A stretch of 64,000 nucleotides of DNA from Octopus sinensis (Eukaryota), in NCBI RefSeq assembly GCF_006345805.1, contig NC_043005.1, positions 50,344,001-50,408,000 on the forward strand. Direction: 5' to 3'. Of the stretch, positions 13,862 to 27,249 are shown one piece after another; the first letter of the stretch is position 1, and each line of letters begins with the position of its first letter. The notes under the pieces are model-generated. The model had not been told where the DNA came from, made no database searches, and was given only the letters and a program-made list of their open reading frames with translations. The position numbers were made by a program, and so were the translations under genes.

Positions 13862-14204
13862 CAATATTTTTTATACTGACTTAGGTGCATCACGTTATAA
13901 TTTCCTTTCACTGTTTCGTAACATTTCTTAGACGATCTACGCCATACACTTACTGCTGCAATTATATATATTTACTGAATTAGGTATAATTAAGTGTTTA
14001 TCTCTTTCTCTCTGTAGACTCTCTCCGATGTAAAAATAGGGGGAAAGGCCTAATGCATTTTGTTCAAAAACTCTGTGATGCCTCACTGCCTGCAATTATA
14101 TCAGGTGATAAAAACTACCTGTGACCTGAAGGGATCGCAAGTAGAGAGAAAGGCGGGTTGAATCGTGAACCTCGAAGGAATACATGAAAAAATAAATGAA
14201 TACC

Positions 14205-14700
14205 ATGACTCTTTGGTTAAGCAGTTCGTTTCCCAATCATATGATTTTTGGTTCAGTCTCACCAAGTGATACTTTGGACAAGAATCTTCTACTACAACCC
14301 TAGGATAACTAAGGCCTTGTGAGTGAACTTGATGGAAGAAAACTCTACCGAGGACCGTCGAATGCGTATGAGTATGTATGTGTTTGTGTGAGTGTGTGTG
14401 CGTGTGAGTGTGTGTGTGTGTGTGTGAGTGTGTGTGCGTGTGAGTGTGTGTGTGTGAGTGTGTGTGTGTGGGCGTGTGTGTGTGTGTCTGTGTCCACCCC
14501 CGCCCCTTGACACACACACACACCTTTTGGTGTGTTTACATTCCGTAACTTAGCAGTTAGGCAAAAGAAACCGATAGGAAAAGTAACAGAATAACAAAAA
14601 AAGTACCACAGTCGATTCAACCGACTAAAACTTATTCAAGGCGGTGCCCCAGCATGGTCTCAGTCAAATGACTGAAGCAAGTAAGGAAAAGATAAAAGAT
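14205..14700 (+). mobile_element. SINE-B, degenerate, with expanded internal (TG)n
   Basis: Body AAGGCCTTGTGAGTG and tail GGCGGTGCCCCAGCATGGTCTCAGTCAAATGACTGAAGCAAG. Confidence 0.78.
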
Positions 14701-15454
14701 AAACACACACACACACACACACACACACATTTAGAACAAGACATACGCATATACATGATACTAATGCACTGAGGAGAAGAAAACATTAACCCAACAGTTA
14801 AGATTGCTTTAATCTAATTTTGGCAAATATGGGCGACAAATATGGATATGTTTCTATCTCTTTATACCCCCATCTCCTTCCCACTGTGTTCCATCGTCTC
14901 AGCAAAGCACAGCTTTCTCTGTACCTGCCAAATTAATCACAAGATTGATCAATATATTGATTACAATAACGTACACAAACAAGCCTCACTGCATACGTAT
15001 TATTTAAGTTTAATTATTATTTTCTGTACTACATTAAGTATGATGGCTCTTAGTGTCGAGTGGACTATCGAGACAAGACAAGGATTTATCTCGTTTATAA
15101 CTGGAGGATATTCTGACTTGTTCATTACGGTTATCATGAAGGTTTGTAGACACTGCTTGTTATTATATTAGTTATACTGAAAGACTGCATTAAGATAAAC
15201 CAGTGAAGTAACCTCTAGGCCAATGTTGCGAATCAACGACATATATCAATAGTGACACGGTGCAGGTTTTTAGGCGACACGCGTTGCACTTTCGAGACAA
15301 ACATACCCCTGCACTAACATGTTATAAATAACCTATCTATGTGCAATTCCTAAAGTAGATGCATTTTAGAAAATAGATAAATTTTAGATTTAAATATATA
15401 AACTTTAGTTTAAGCTAGAATATATCCATTTTAAATAATAAAAAATGAAATTAT

Positions 15455-15810
15455 TGAATATAGTGCTCAGGTGCACTACAACTTGTCAAAAGTGCGTATA
15501 AAGCATATGCAGTAATGTACAAATGTCTGGAACAGTGTATGAGTCAGATACATGCTTGCGTATGTATGGAGAGGAGAAAATCAGGTGTAGTGTTGGTGAA
15601 TCTCAGGAAGCATGGAAGTTTTGAAGGATACAGTGCTACGACAACTAACAGACTTCAGGAACTCTTAAAGTGAAAACCTGTTTCCGAAAGTCAGGGGAGC
15701 TGTGCCGTTTTCTGACTTTGTAAACATGTCCAAGGGTGTTAGACAGGTGGAGTTTGAAAAGGTGCTCAGAGTTATTTTAAATTAGTTTTAACCATTTGGC
15801 TGCGTAATTA
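15455..15810 (-). mobile_element. CR1/L2-type LINE 3' end fragment
   Basis: Minus translation SEHLFKLHLSNTLGHVYKVRKRHSSPDFRKQVFTLRVPEV resembles the CR1/L2 ORF2 C-terminus; 3' region shared with 39230-39430. Confidence 0.7.
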
Positions 15811-16119
15811 AATTCCATGGTCATTCCTGTAAAGATGTTAATTGTCCACCAAAAAATAGACTTGGTATTTTCTGCTTCTGCTGTACTTTTTCAGTGTCTC
15901 TCAAAATATTTGATTACACTTAGTAACAACTTTTTTTTTGTTTTTGGTCACTAAGTGTTATTTCCTATTTGTTTCTATCTAGAAATGAAAGAAAAGGCTG
16001 CTACTCCCTTCAAACTTTGCTTTCGTTACTTGGACATCAATGTTTTGAAACTGACCTATTTTCCATTAAATTTCAGACAGATTATTCAACATTGAGTTAC
16101 TGAAGCAGAAATATCATTA

Positions 16120-16260
16120 CAGCAAATATTCGGCTTAATACCACAAATTTGCTTGTCAGTTGCTTGAGCTTAACCAATAAGTGCATCTCTGATAATAAGC
16201 AGGAATAGTGAGGGAGCATCATAACCATATGTTGAGACGGATTCTTTGAAGTTGGAATAA
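16120..16260 (+). mobile_element. Degenerate internal fragment of element D
   Basis: ACAGCAAATATTC..AATACCACA(A)ATTTGCTTGTCAGTTG..GGAGCATCATA matches ~1697-1860. Confidence 0.7.
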
Positions 16261-16689
16261 ATATAGCGAAAGCATATTTCGAAGGCCATTTTCCATACTT
16301 TCTAGGGGTGAGCAAATAGGACATATCAGTTGGTACTCAAGGTCAAAAATCGTGTTACACAGTGTTAATGTTCTGTAAAGAGATACGAAGGAATATGAGA
16401 AAATCTGAAAAACTATCTTTTGTAAAAGGCATCATTGGAGGTGTCTCCGCTTCCTGCAGTATAAGGAGAGGGATTTTCTTTGTTTCAAAGTCTTTGGATA
16501 AAGACTTTCCGCAGTTAACGGTAATATAATTTTGATCGGATATATCCGCTTTCGGCGTTCAAAAGGTTGAAATACATTCTAATAACTGGATTATTAAGAA
16601 AATTAAAATTTCGGCAAGTCAGACTAACACAAGATTCGTTATCATTGCTTTAGACAGTTTTTCAGTCCTCTTGAAACTGTAGCCTCAAA

Positions 16690-17110
16690 TCTCGCTGAAA
16701 TCATGTCCTAGTGGCTGAAATCTCGCTGAAATCACGTCCTACCGTCCTAAATGAAGAATAATATATTGGACAAGTTTGTCCCTGATATCGGATGATCACT
16801 GACTCGCTACGGTTATTTAATGGGTACTGACCTGTGGCTAAACAACAACGAAAACAGAAAAAGCTACATAGATAAATCGAACGTTTCAATCAAATACAGA
16901 TAATCTTTCTGTGATCCTCTACGAACAGAAATTGTAATTTCTACTCCACAAAAGATAAAGATTGTTGTTGTTGGTGTTTAGCCCTGGGTCAGCTCAGATC
17001 GAGGAAATCTATGGTTAAAGGTATAGCAGCTATCACCACTTTTCCTTATCTTGATCATTACGTATTTATGACTAAATTATTCAAAGGCGTCCTTTCTTTT
17101 CTGGAGCGAT
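16690..17110. mobile_element. Two SINE-E-like fragments in tail-to-tail orientation
   Basis: GAAATCACGTCCTACCGTCC..TGACCTGTGGCTAAACAACAAC (+) and GTTGTTG..TTTAGCCCTGGGTCAGC (-); family also seen at 27250-27470, 34575-34770 and 42350-42530. Confidence 0.55.
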
Positions 17111-17116
17111 AGTGTG

Positions 17117-17535
17117 CAGGTGCAGGTGTGACTGTGTGGTAAGAAGCTTGCTTCCCAACCACCTGGTTCCAAATTCAGTTCCATAGCATGGCACCTTCGG
17201 CGAGTGTCTTCTACTATAGTTTTGGGCTGACCAAAACCTTGTGAGTGGGTCTGGTAGACAGAATCTGAAAGAAGCCCATCATATATACATATTTATGTGT
17301 GTGTGTGTGTGTGTGTTTCCTTGTGCCTATGTTTGTTTCCCATCATCGCTTGACAACCGGTGTTGGTATGTTTATGCTCCCGTAACTTAGCAGTTCGGTA
17401 AAAATCTGATAGAATAAGTACTAGGCTTAAGAAATAAGTCTTCGGATCGAATTGTTCGACTAAAACCCTTCAAGGCGGTGCTCCAGCATGGCCGCAGTCA
17501 TATGACTGAAACAAGTTAAAGAATAAAAAGAATAC
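17117..17535 (+). mobile_element. SINE-B, full length
   Basis: Head GTGTGACTGTGTGGTAAGAAGCTTGCTTCCCAACCAC, internal (TG)n, tail GGCGGTGCTCCAGCATGGCCGCAGTCATATGACTGAAACAAG. Confidence 0.88.
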
Positions 17536-18239
17536 CGTTTACTTTTCACCTAAACTACATTTCAAGATCAAATGTGCACTTCATCTTTTTATGAGGGGAG
17601 ATTTAAATTTGGGAGAGATATGGCTGTTAGTTTTAGCAGGACATACGATCGTCAAGACCGCCCATATATATTGGCATTGAATTTCTTTCATATTATTCGT
17701 GAAGAAATGAACATGAATTGACTGTTTCCTTCAAAGGTTTTATGTTTCCCGCAACTAAAATTCCATTATATGAATTCAGTTCCTGTTTAGAACCATTTCA
17801 TATTCACAGTTAAAGACTCTGGGAATTAGAAGACCATCCCGACTTACACACACTTCTTTAAAAAGTTTGTACCTTTTTTCGTTTAGTCAAAATAAAACCA
17901 ATATTAGGCACTAGTGTGAGATGTGATACTGAATTAGCAGATGGAACCGTGTATACGTGGTTAACTGTGAAATTCTACTTTAGATAGTAAATAGAATGGT
18001 ATGGAGGTAGGTTTGGAAATGGTATTGTAGAATGAACTAGAGAATTGATATTCCAGTGTCTTGTATATATATACATTATAAATGAATACACATTGTTAGA
18101 GGAAACAAGCTTATTGATGTAGACAGATTGATTACTAGATCAATACATGGGTCAATAGACAAAGAGACAGATGGGTGGACAGATGAAGTAGAGAGAGAAA
18201 CAGATAGATATATAGATTTATAGATTGAGTAACAAATAT

Positions 18240-18269
18240 ACCTATAGATAGACAGACAGATAGATAGAC

Positions 18270-18331
<62 letters not shown>

Positions 18332-18515
18332 ATACAGGGAATGGAAAGATGATTAAAGAGAGTGAGACAGAGAGGCAATGGAGAGAGAAAGAGAAATTGA
18401 ATTATGTCATTATTTGCCTTGCGTTATACATTTTCCAGCGTTTTGCACACCTTCGACTTGCACTTTATATATATATGCATATTCATATATATATATATAT
18501 ATACATACATGTAAG

Positions 18516-18556
<41 letters not shown>

Positions 18557-18609
18557 TCATATATGTATATATATATATACATGTATATATACATATGTAT
18601 ACATATATG

Positions 18610-18659
<50 letters not shown>

Positions 18660-18707
18660 ATATATATATATATTATATATATATATGCATATATGTATAT
18701 ATATATG

Positions 18708-18744
<37 letters not shown>

Positions 18745-18761
18745 GTACATATTTATGTATG

Positions 18762-18793
<32 letters not shown>

Positions 18794-18978
18794 ATATATA
18801 AAACAAGGTATAAATAATGGTCATTACACACACACACATTTATATATACATAAACGCATGCATAATACAAAAGTATCTATGTGTATGTGTGTTTGTGTGT
18901 GTGTAGAAAGAACGTGTCCGTGTGTGAGTTATTTCTGTAATTACATATAATTATGTATATATATATATATGCATATTC

Positions 18979-19032
<54 letters not shown>

Positions 19033-19340
19033 CATAGCAATACATGACTATGGTATGTATTTATTAATTTTATTTATTGTGAATTATTGCAGCAGAAAAC
19101 TGTTATCAATACTTGTAGGTTTTTGGAAACCATCTTACGTAAACCTCCGAGGAATGACAGGTGTATAAACGTAAGAGTTTAAATTAAAATGTGTGTTTGT
19201 GTGGTGTGTGTATACATACCACTACGCACATATACATATACACACACACACATACATATATGCATGTGTGTTTATGTACGTGTGTGTGTATATATATATA
19301 TATATACACACATATATGGACATACGCGCACATATACACA
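18240..19340. repeat. GATA/GA/TA/CA microsatellite field
   Basis: Directly visible. Confidence 0.93.
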
Positions 19341-19879
19341 CACATATATAAATGGAACAGCATATAACTAGCACGAGGTTTAAAAAAAAAAACTAGAAAC
19401 GAATCAGTTTTTATTAATTATTCATTTAAATTTCGCCCAATCGATAAAGAAAGATTAATTTTTATGAAGAACAATTTGATCAGTACAATTAATTCGTATA
19501 TCAAATTACAATTAACTAAAATTATATAGTTGTTATTCTTATTTTGTTTCAATATTCTGATTATATTAATAAAAAAAAAAGTGGTTAAAATTCAGTTAAT
19601 AATTTGCTTGAAAATTGAGTTAATTAATTCTTAAATACATTTTGCGAAAGCATTTTTTTTTCTTTTTTGATTAATCGCAATTTTCGCTCTCCAGTCGGTT
19701 AGTAATTAGGAAACATCATGTCACCGTTTTGTAAAGGTTTTCTGCTCAACCGAATATAAAGCGGTAGAGCGCTTCAAAGTTATCTCCCCTATTACTTTCC
19801 TGATGAGCTTTGCACGAAGCCAAACATTAGGTTCAGTGTCTGGAAATGTTTATTAAATATTGTCTTTAATGTTTAGTTA

Positions 19880-20670
19880 TATTCAGGGATCGTAATCACA
19901 CTGCACAAAATGCCCAGCGGCATTTCTTCCGGTTTTGCGTTTCTAAATTCAAATTCCACAGAGATTGACTTTGTCTTTCACTCTTTCGAAGTCTATAAAA
20001 TACATCAGTTGAGTAGCGTGATCGAGGTAATCGACTTGACCCTATCCCAAAACTTACTGGCCTCGTGTCAAAATTTTGAATCCAATATTTTATATTAAGG
20101 CGGAGAGCTTGCAGAATCATTATCACATTGGTAAAATAATGCTTAGCGGCATCTATTCCGGCTTTACGCGAAGGCGTATGGCTCAGTGGTTAGAGCATCG
20201 GGTTCACAATCATAAGATAGTGAGTTCGATTCCCGGATCGGGTTGTGAGCTGTGTTCTTGAGCAAGACACTTTATTTCACGTTGCTCCAGTTCACTCAGT
20301 GGTAGAAATCAGTTGCGACGTCACTGGTGCCAAGCTATATCAGCCTTTGCCTTTCCCTTGGATATCATTGGCGGCATAGAGAGAGGAGGCTGGTACGCAT
20401 GGGTTACTGCTGGTTTTCCATAAACAACCTTGTCTGTACTTGTTCCTCGGAGGGTAACTTTCTAGGTGCAATCCCATGGTCATTCATGACCGAAGGGCGT
20501 CTTTACTCTTACATTCCAAGTTCAAATTCCGCCGGAGTCGCCTTTACCTTTCACGCTTTTCAGGATTGCTAAAATATGTACCAACTGAGTACCAGGGTCA
20601 AAGTAATCGACTTGCTCAATACCCCAAAATTTCAGGCCTTGCGTCTATTGCAGAAAGAACTATTCATATT
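19880..20670 (+). mobile_element. Two old SINE-A tail-2 copies, the second split by SINE-C
   Basis: Second copy head 20097-20168 ends CTTTACG and resumes TTACATTCCAAGTTCAAATTCC at ~20509. Confidence 0.75.
20172..20508 (+). mobile_element. SINE-C, tRNA-derived CORE-like SINE
   Basis: A-box TGGCTCAGTGGTTAG, B-box GAGTTCGATTCC; TGTGTTCTTGAGCAAGACACTTTATTTCACGTTGCTCCAGTTCACTCAG..TAGAAAT aligns by eye with the CORE domain (TGTGACCTTGGGCAAGTCACTTAACC..CAGTTTCCTCATCTGTAAAATG). Confidence 0.85.
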
Positions 20671-20674
20671 TTTT

Positions 20675-20802
20675 TAGTAATTAGACTGCGGTCATGCTGG
20701 GACACCAGCGGGAAAAATCTTAGTCGGACAAATCGACTACAGAGCTTATTTTTTAAATTCTGGTACTTATTCTATCGGTCTCTTTTGCCGAACTACTAAG
20801 TT
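20675..20802 (-). mobile_element. SINE-B 3' part, cut by the RTE insertion
   Basis: GACTGCGGTCATGCTGG..GGTACTTATTCTATCGGTCTCTTTTGCCGAACTACTAAGTTA abuts the RTE 5' truncation point. Confidence 0.75.
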
Positions 20803-21783
20803 ATGAGAATTGCAAAAACCAGCAAAGCATTTGGAAGGCTTGAAAATTGTGTGTGGTCTGATAGAGATATCACCTTTAAAACCAAGCTTAGTATCTATGA
20901 ATCTTGCATTTTAATGGTCCTCCTGTACTCTTCTGAGACCTGGACGACATATCGGCGCCACATGAAGACTTTAGAAAGATTCCACCAGACTTGCCTAAGG
21001 CGGATACTAGACATCAAATGGAAGTCTTTAACACCAACCACCGTTGTTCTTCAGCAAGCTAACACATTCAGTATTGAAATGATCCTCATATGCAATCAGA
21101 TGCGTTGCGTTGGGCACCTTGCTAGGATGCATGATGACAGGTTGCCAAAGGCGGTTAGCTGGCGGAATAGTTAGCACGCCGGGCGAAATGCGTAGCCATA
21201 TTTCGTCTGTCGCTACGTTCTGAGTTCAAATTCCGCCGAGGTCGACTTTGCCTTTCATCCTTCCGGGGTCGATTAACTAAGTACCAGTTACGCACTGGGG
21301 TCGATATAGTCGACTTAATCCGTTTGTCTGTCCTTGTTTGTCCTCTCTGTGTTTAGCCCCTTGCGGGTAGTAAAGAAATAGGTTGCCAAAGCAGTTGTTT
21401 TACGGGGAGTTGCAGCGTGGCAAGCGTCCGAGACATAACCTTAAGAAACGTTTTAGGGACGCTGTCAAAAGCAACCTTAAGGCTCTTAATGTGAAAGTTG
21501 AAGACTGGGAGCAGATGACGCAAGATCGATCGGTTTGGAAACAAATGATCTGCAATAGATGTAAACCATTTGAAGCTTGAAGAATTGAACATTCTATCTT
21601 GAAACGAGCACTTCGTAGACAGGACTTGACTACAGTCCCAGAAACTTTTCTGCTTAAGATTACTTGTAAGATCTGCAGTAGAGTTTGTTTGTCAAGTGCA
21701 GGACTTGCTAGTCATATAAGATCTCATGAAAGTATTTATTAATTGAAGAGATGGCTTTCTTCTGTAAAGAAGCGGCAATCATC

Positions 21784-21786
<3 letters not shown>
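20803..21786 (+). mobile_element. 5'-truncated RTE (BovB-like) LINE, ORF2 C-terminus plus short 3'UTR, interrupted by SINE-A
   Basis: RIAKTSKAFGRL..TKLSIYESCIL..LLYSSETWTTYRRH..LERFHQTCLRRIL..GHLARMHDDRLPK|QLFYGEL..GKRPRH..W..QDRSVW..CKICSRVCLSSAGLASHIRSH, typical RTE motifs; short (ATC) tail. Confidence 0.9.
21151..21379 (+). mobile_element. Young SINE-A tail-1 monomer with 12-bp TSD
   Basis: AGGTTGCCAAAG at 21139-21150 and 21380-21391; removing the insertion restores the RTE reading frame (RLPK-QLFYGEL). Confidence 0.93.
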
Positions 21787-21816
<30 letters not shown>

Positions 21817-21966
21817 TGTATGTATGTATGTATGTATGTATGTATGTATGTATGCATGCATGTATGTATGTATATATGTATGTATGTATGTATATATGTA
21901 TGTATGCATGTATTTATGTATGTATGTATTTATGTTTGTATGTATATGTATGTATAAATATGTATG

Positions 21967-21999
<33 letters not shown>

Positions 22000-22070
22000 T
22001 ATATATATGCATATACATATATATTCATATATATAAATAAATAAGTATATATATATATGTAAAGCATGTA
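21787..22070. repeat. (TATG)n/(TA)n microsatellite
   Basis: Directly visible. Confidence 0.95.
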
Positions 22071-22586
22071 GTTCATATTTTAATTGCGCTCAACAACAGC
22101 TTCATTGCGATAAACATCATTATATATATAATTACATAATTATGTGATACATAATAAATTAATTTCAATTAAATTAAATTAAATTAAATTAAATTAAATT
22201 AAAAGTTATGTTTACCCAAATCATCATGAATGTTGTTACGTTAATCAGTACACCATAATCGGTGTAAATGTTCTGAGAAAAAGAAACCTCGAAAACGAGG
22301 AGGACGAGAAGAAGGAGGAGGAGGAGGAGGAGGAGGAGAGGAGGAGGAGAAGAAGAAGGAGAAGGAGAAGGAGAAGAAGAAGAAGAAGAAGAAGTCTAAC
22401 TCTAAATAATGATACACAGTGCAAACATACCTACACATGCATATGCGTAGATATACATATATACATACACAATTATACAAACACACATCTATGTTTCAAT
22501 ATATATATATATAATATATATATATATATATAATACATATACATATACATATGTTTATATATGCGTATAAATATGTACTATATCTA

Positions 22587-22627
<41 letters not shown>

Positions 22628-23315
22628 GTATATTGGCTCACATATGCATCGTTCATCTATATGTAGATTTAGATTTCTTCTTCTTCCTCTTCTTCTTCTT
22701 CTTCTTCTCGATGTTTTTCTTTCTCGAGGTATTTATATCTGTGACAATGTTGTTATTAAGATAACTCAGCATTTCTGATGATTTGGGAAAGCACCGCCTT
22801 TTCAAGTAATTAGATTTAAATTTATCTGATTTAAATTAATTAATTATCCTATGCATTACAATTATGTAATTACACATTATAGATGTTAATATTAATGAAA
22901 CAGCCGTTGAACACAATGCATGAAATTTTTTCGTCCTGCTTTCTACTTCTCAAGAACATTTTAAACGATTATGTATATATATATATATATGCCAGTAGGT
23001 CCAAGCTGGATTTACTGTAACGTACTAAACTGATTATGTTTATACATACATACATACATACAAAAATACCTGTTGATGGTGTTGAAATTCCGATGAAAGA
23101 GCCTTGGATCTAGGTTAGAAACCGACTCTTTCTCTCGGCATGAAATCTTGAAATAAAGCCAAATACCGACATACATACATAAATATATAGATGCATACAT
23201 ACATACATTCATACATACATACTTACATACGTACATACATACACACACACACACACACGCACGCACGCACACACATATATATATATGTGCGTATATATAT
23301 ATATATACACACACA

Positions 23316-23517
23316 CAAAAGTAGGTTTACAGTAATTCAACTATCTCTTTCGCATTCATATATCCACAGTTTAGATCTTAATTATACAAAAATATGAAAC
23401 CATTATTCTATGCTGATTTAGTTAATCGTCAGATAGAAACTTAAATGTAATAAAATGTTTTAAAAGTAAGTTAAAGTGCCTACGTGATAACTGTAAACCT
23501 ACTTTTGGGCCACCCTG
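23316..23517. mobile_element. Tc1/mariner-type MITE (~200 bp), left terminus eroded
   Basis: CAAAAGTAGGTTTACAGT (23316-23333) is inverted at 23490-23507; right end TTTTGGGCCACCCTG is followed by TA. Confidence 0.7.
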
Positions 23518-23519
23518 TA

Positions 23520-23557
<38 letters not shown>

Positions 23558-24556
23558 ATATTTTTATACGTATAAAAATATAATTATAGTTAAGGGCTAC
23601 TGGAAATATCTTGCGCCTGTGCAACTCTAAAATTTGTTCTCTTTATATATATTTGTTCTGTGTATATATTTAATATCATGTAGACCATATTGATAGACAT
23701 TATAGAAAAAAATGATAAACACTTAAAATGAATAAGACGAGAAAGCCCATCTGATATTTCGGCATGAAAATGCTTTTCTCAAAGTTCTAGAGAGAATATG
23801 AAATATATTCCAATCATGATGAAATCTGTGATGTTCTTAGAATATCATTCCAATCTTATAATGTTTCTTTGTCTTTGTAGTTTCCCGTAAGAGATGAAAA
23901 TCCCTTGCTTGACTTCACTAAGAAAACATAATATGCCTTAGCATATTGAATAAAGCAGTACGTTTTTGTTAATAAAGACATCTCCTAGGTCTTTTGAAGA
24001 ATCTGTTAATTCGAATTGGTGGCAGTAAACGTTTTTGTTATTCGTGTTATATTGTTTGGCATTCATATTTTATTCATTTAACAGAATTTCTATAACGCCA
24101 ACCAATGCGTTTTCCTTTTTAATTTTGTTATGTAATTCAGCTTAACAAGTTGAGGTCAGTGGAACTGAGAAATGGAAAGAGATCGGTGAAATCCCAATGA
24201 GAGAGGTTTTATTTACGAAAGCATTTACTGTTCGAATCAACAAGTATCAACAAGAAGTGAGATTTTGATTGCTAAAGCATATCATATCTTCTCAATTCTT
24301 CTGTCAATTTAGGGATTTTCAACTCGTGGACAAAGGCGAGAGATAGAGATAGAGAGAGAAAGAAGGAGAGAAAAAGAGAGAGAGAGAGAGAAAGAAAGAG
24401 TGAAAGTGAATAAGAAAGATACAGGGAAGGAGAAATAGGGAGAGAGAGAGAAGGCAATAATACCCAATATGATGTTCTGTAGTTATCGAAGGTTCCACGT
24501 TCCATCACGATTACAATCTATTTGTTATATCTATGCATGCGTGTGTGTGTGTGTGT

Positions 24557-24594
<38 letters not shown>

Positions 24595-24982
24595 TGTGTG
24601 TATATGTATGTATCTGTGTGTGTGTGTGTGTATTATTTATATATGTGCTTATATAGATATAGATATACATGTATATGTATATATGAAAATATATATGCAT
24701 GTGTACGCATATATATTTATACAGTTTGGTCTCCTTATTTCCGATATTTAATGCAAAACCATACTTAGATAAATATAAACATACGTATATATATTTATAT
24801 ATGTGTGTGTGTGTGTGTGTGTGAGTGAGTGTATACATGGACGCATGTATAGGTACACATACACATACACACATATAAGAAACCAGCATATAAGAAAGGA
24901 GTGTAAATGCTCAATTAAGTCCATTCATCGCACTTGTGTTAGAATAAATACGTCTTTATCCCAAATTCGTGTGTTGCTATAA

Positions 24983-25025
<43 letters not shown>

Positions 25026-25394
25026 TGCTTAACATTCACGCAATATGTGTTGGTAACGAACAAAGAAAGAGGTACCTCTAATATCACAAAACAGTATTAA
25101 TTTGATTTGATCGGCTGTAACAAGCACTAACAACAACAACAACGAGATTTCTCTGCGTGGGCGTAAACGCCATTCGTCAAATCTCATGATGGAATATGTG
25201 TGTGTGTATGTGTGTGTGTGTGTGTATGTACGCGTGCTTTTGTTGTATGTGCCTATGTGTATTCTTTTATGATCATGCTGGTTTCATTCACTGGACACAC
25301 TGACCATGCTGGGGCACCTCTTCATATACATTCATACTTGTAAACTATACATATATATACATATATATAAATACATGCATACATACATGTATAT

Positions 25395-25772
25395 ATTCTT
25401 TTCTACTCAAGACCCGAGATTTTTAGGGAGGGGCCAGACGATTACCTAATTTATCGACCTCGAAAGGATGAAAGGCAAAGTCGACCTCGGCGGAATTTGA
25501 ACCCAGAATGTAAAGACAGACGAAACACCTATTTCTTTACTACCCACAAGGGGATAAACACAGAGGGGACAAACAAGGACAGACAAACGGATTAAGTCGA
25601 TTACATCGACCCCAGTGCGTAACTGGTACTTTTTTTTATCGACCCCGAAAGGATGAAAGGCAAAGTCGACTTCGGCGGAATTTGAACTCAGAACATAACG
25701 ACAGGCGAAATACGGCTACGCATTTCGCCCGGCGTGCTAACGTTTCTGCCAGCTCGCCCACCTCGCCACCTT
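25395..25772 (-). mobile_element. SINE-A stack: head + tail-1 unit + tail-2 unit
   Basis: Junction GAAACACCTATTTC ~25522, head junction ~25707; the 3'-most unit ends ..CTTGAGTAGAAAAAGAATA (tail-2 type). Confidence 0.88.
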
Positions 25773-25838
25773 AGATACATACATGCATATATTATATATA
25801 CATAAACATCTGTGTGTGTGTGTGTGTGTGTGTTATAT

Positions 25839-25887
<49 letters not shown>

Positions 25888-26159
25888 CCATATATATGTA
25901 TATATATATCCATATCTATATACACGTGCACTCACGTATTAACACACGTACTTATATGTGTTTGTGTGTGTCTGTCTGTGTGTATGTGTGTGTGTTTGGA
26001 TGCGTGTTCGTATTTATGCATATCTATATTTAGTTGTTCATTCAGTTGTAACATACAAGAACATGTAATCGATTAGAACTCTCCCTCCAGAGAATGAAAA
26101 CTAAACTTTTCTCATAACAAAGTTGCAGAGAATTAAATAATTTAATCAGTATTCTCCTC

Positions 26160-26180
26160 CCTTTCTTTTTCCTTCCTCCT

Positions 26181-26244
<64 letters not shown>

Positions 26245-26442
26245 TTTCTTTCTTTCTTTCGTTCTTCTTTTTTTTATGTCTCCTTCTTGCTTTACTTCTT
26301 CTATTTCTGTATTATATCTTCGTTCTTCTTTTTTTCCTTTCTTCCTTCCTTTTTCTTTCCTTATTTTTTGTTTGCCACTTTTAGTTTTCAGTTTTCTGTT
26401 TCTCTTTCTTTCCTTCTTTCTTTCTTCTTTCTTTCTTTCTTT

Positions 26443-26484
<42 letters not shown>

Positions 26485-26777
26485 TTTCTTTCTTCCTTCC
26501 TTTCTTCCTTTCTTTCTGCCTTCCTTTCTTTCTTTCTTTCTTTCTTTCTTCCTTTCTTCCTTTCTTCCTTCCTTTCTTTCTTTCTTTTTTCTTTCTTCCT
26601 CCCTTCTGTCCTTTCTTTCTTCCTTCCTTTCTTTCTTCCTTCCTTTCTTTCTTTCTTTCTTTCTTTCTTCGTTTCTTCCTTCCTTCCTTTCTTTCTTCCT
26701 TTCTTCCGTTCTTCATTCCTTTCTTTCTTTCTTGCTTTCTTTCTTCCTTCCTTTCTTTCTTTTTTTCTTTCTTCCTC

Positions 26778-26808
<31 letters not shown>

Positions 26809-26930
26809 TCCTTTTCTTTCTTCCTTCCTTCCTTCCTTTCTTTCTTTCTTTCTTTCTTTCTTTCTCCTGTTGTCTTTTTCCTTTTACTCGCTCCTACCAG
26901 TTCCACTTTCTTTTATTACTTAATTAATTA
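26160..26930. repeat. ~770-bp polypyrimidine (TTTC/TTCC)n tract
   Basis: Directly visible; F/L/S and K/E/R ORFs are artefacts. Confidence 0.96.
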
Positions 26931-27249
26931 ATTAATTATTTAATTCATTCATTCATTCATTCATTCATTCATTCAATCATTTTTTCTTCCTACCATACTT
27001 TCATTCTTCCTTTCTTCCTGACTTGACGCTAATTATTACTGGGCGAAATCGATCACGTGACGTGTTTTCTGTATTTTTTTTTATCGATCCTATTGACTTA
27101 ACACTTTGTTGGAGTTTCAGTCGAAGGATTTACTATAAATCAATCACAGGAAATGAGTTGAAAGACGAAACAATTGATCAGGTTGGAGTGGGTGGGGCTG
27201 CTTAAGGTGGGAGAGAATATCACTAAAACTTTGACTCAGCAAAATTTCC

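Noticed and set aside
14842-15171. 109-aa non-repetitive ORF
   Set aside because: TTG start, no recognisable motif, no supporting splice signals.
19795-19830. CTGATGAG..GAAGC hammerhead candidate
   Set aside because: GAAG rather than GAAA; no convincing stems II or III.
20172-20250. tRNA genes at SINE heads (also 27690, 37804, 63530)
   Set aside because: A/B boxes are present but continue into SINE bodies; no complete cloverleaf evident.
22770-22805. CTGATGATTTGGGAAAG hammerhead candidate
   Set aside because: No stem II; stem III only 2 bp.
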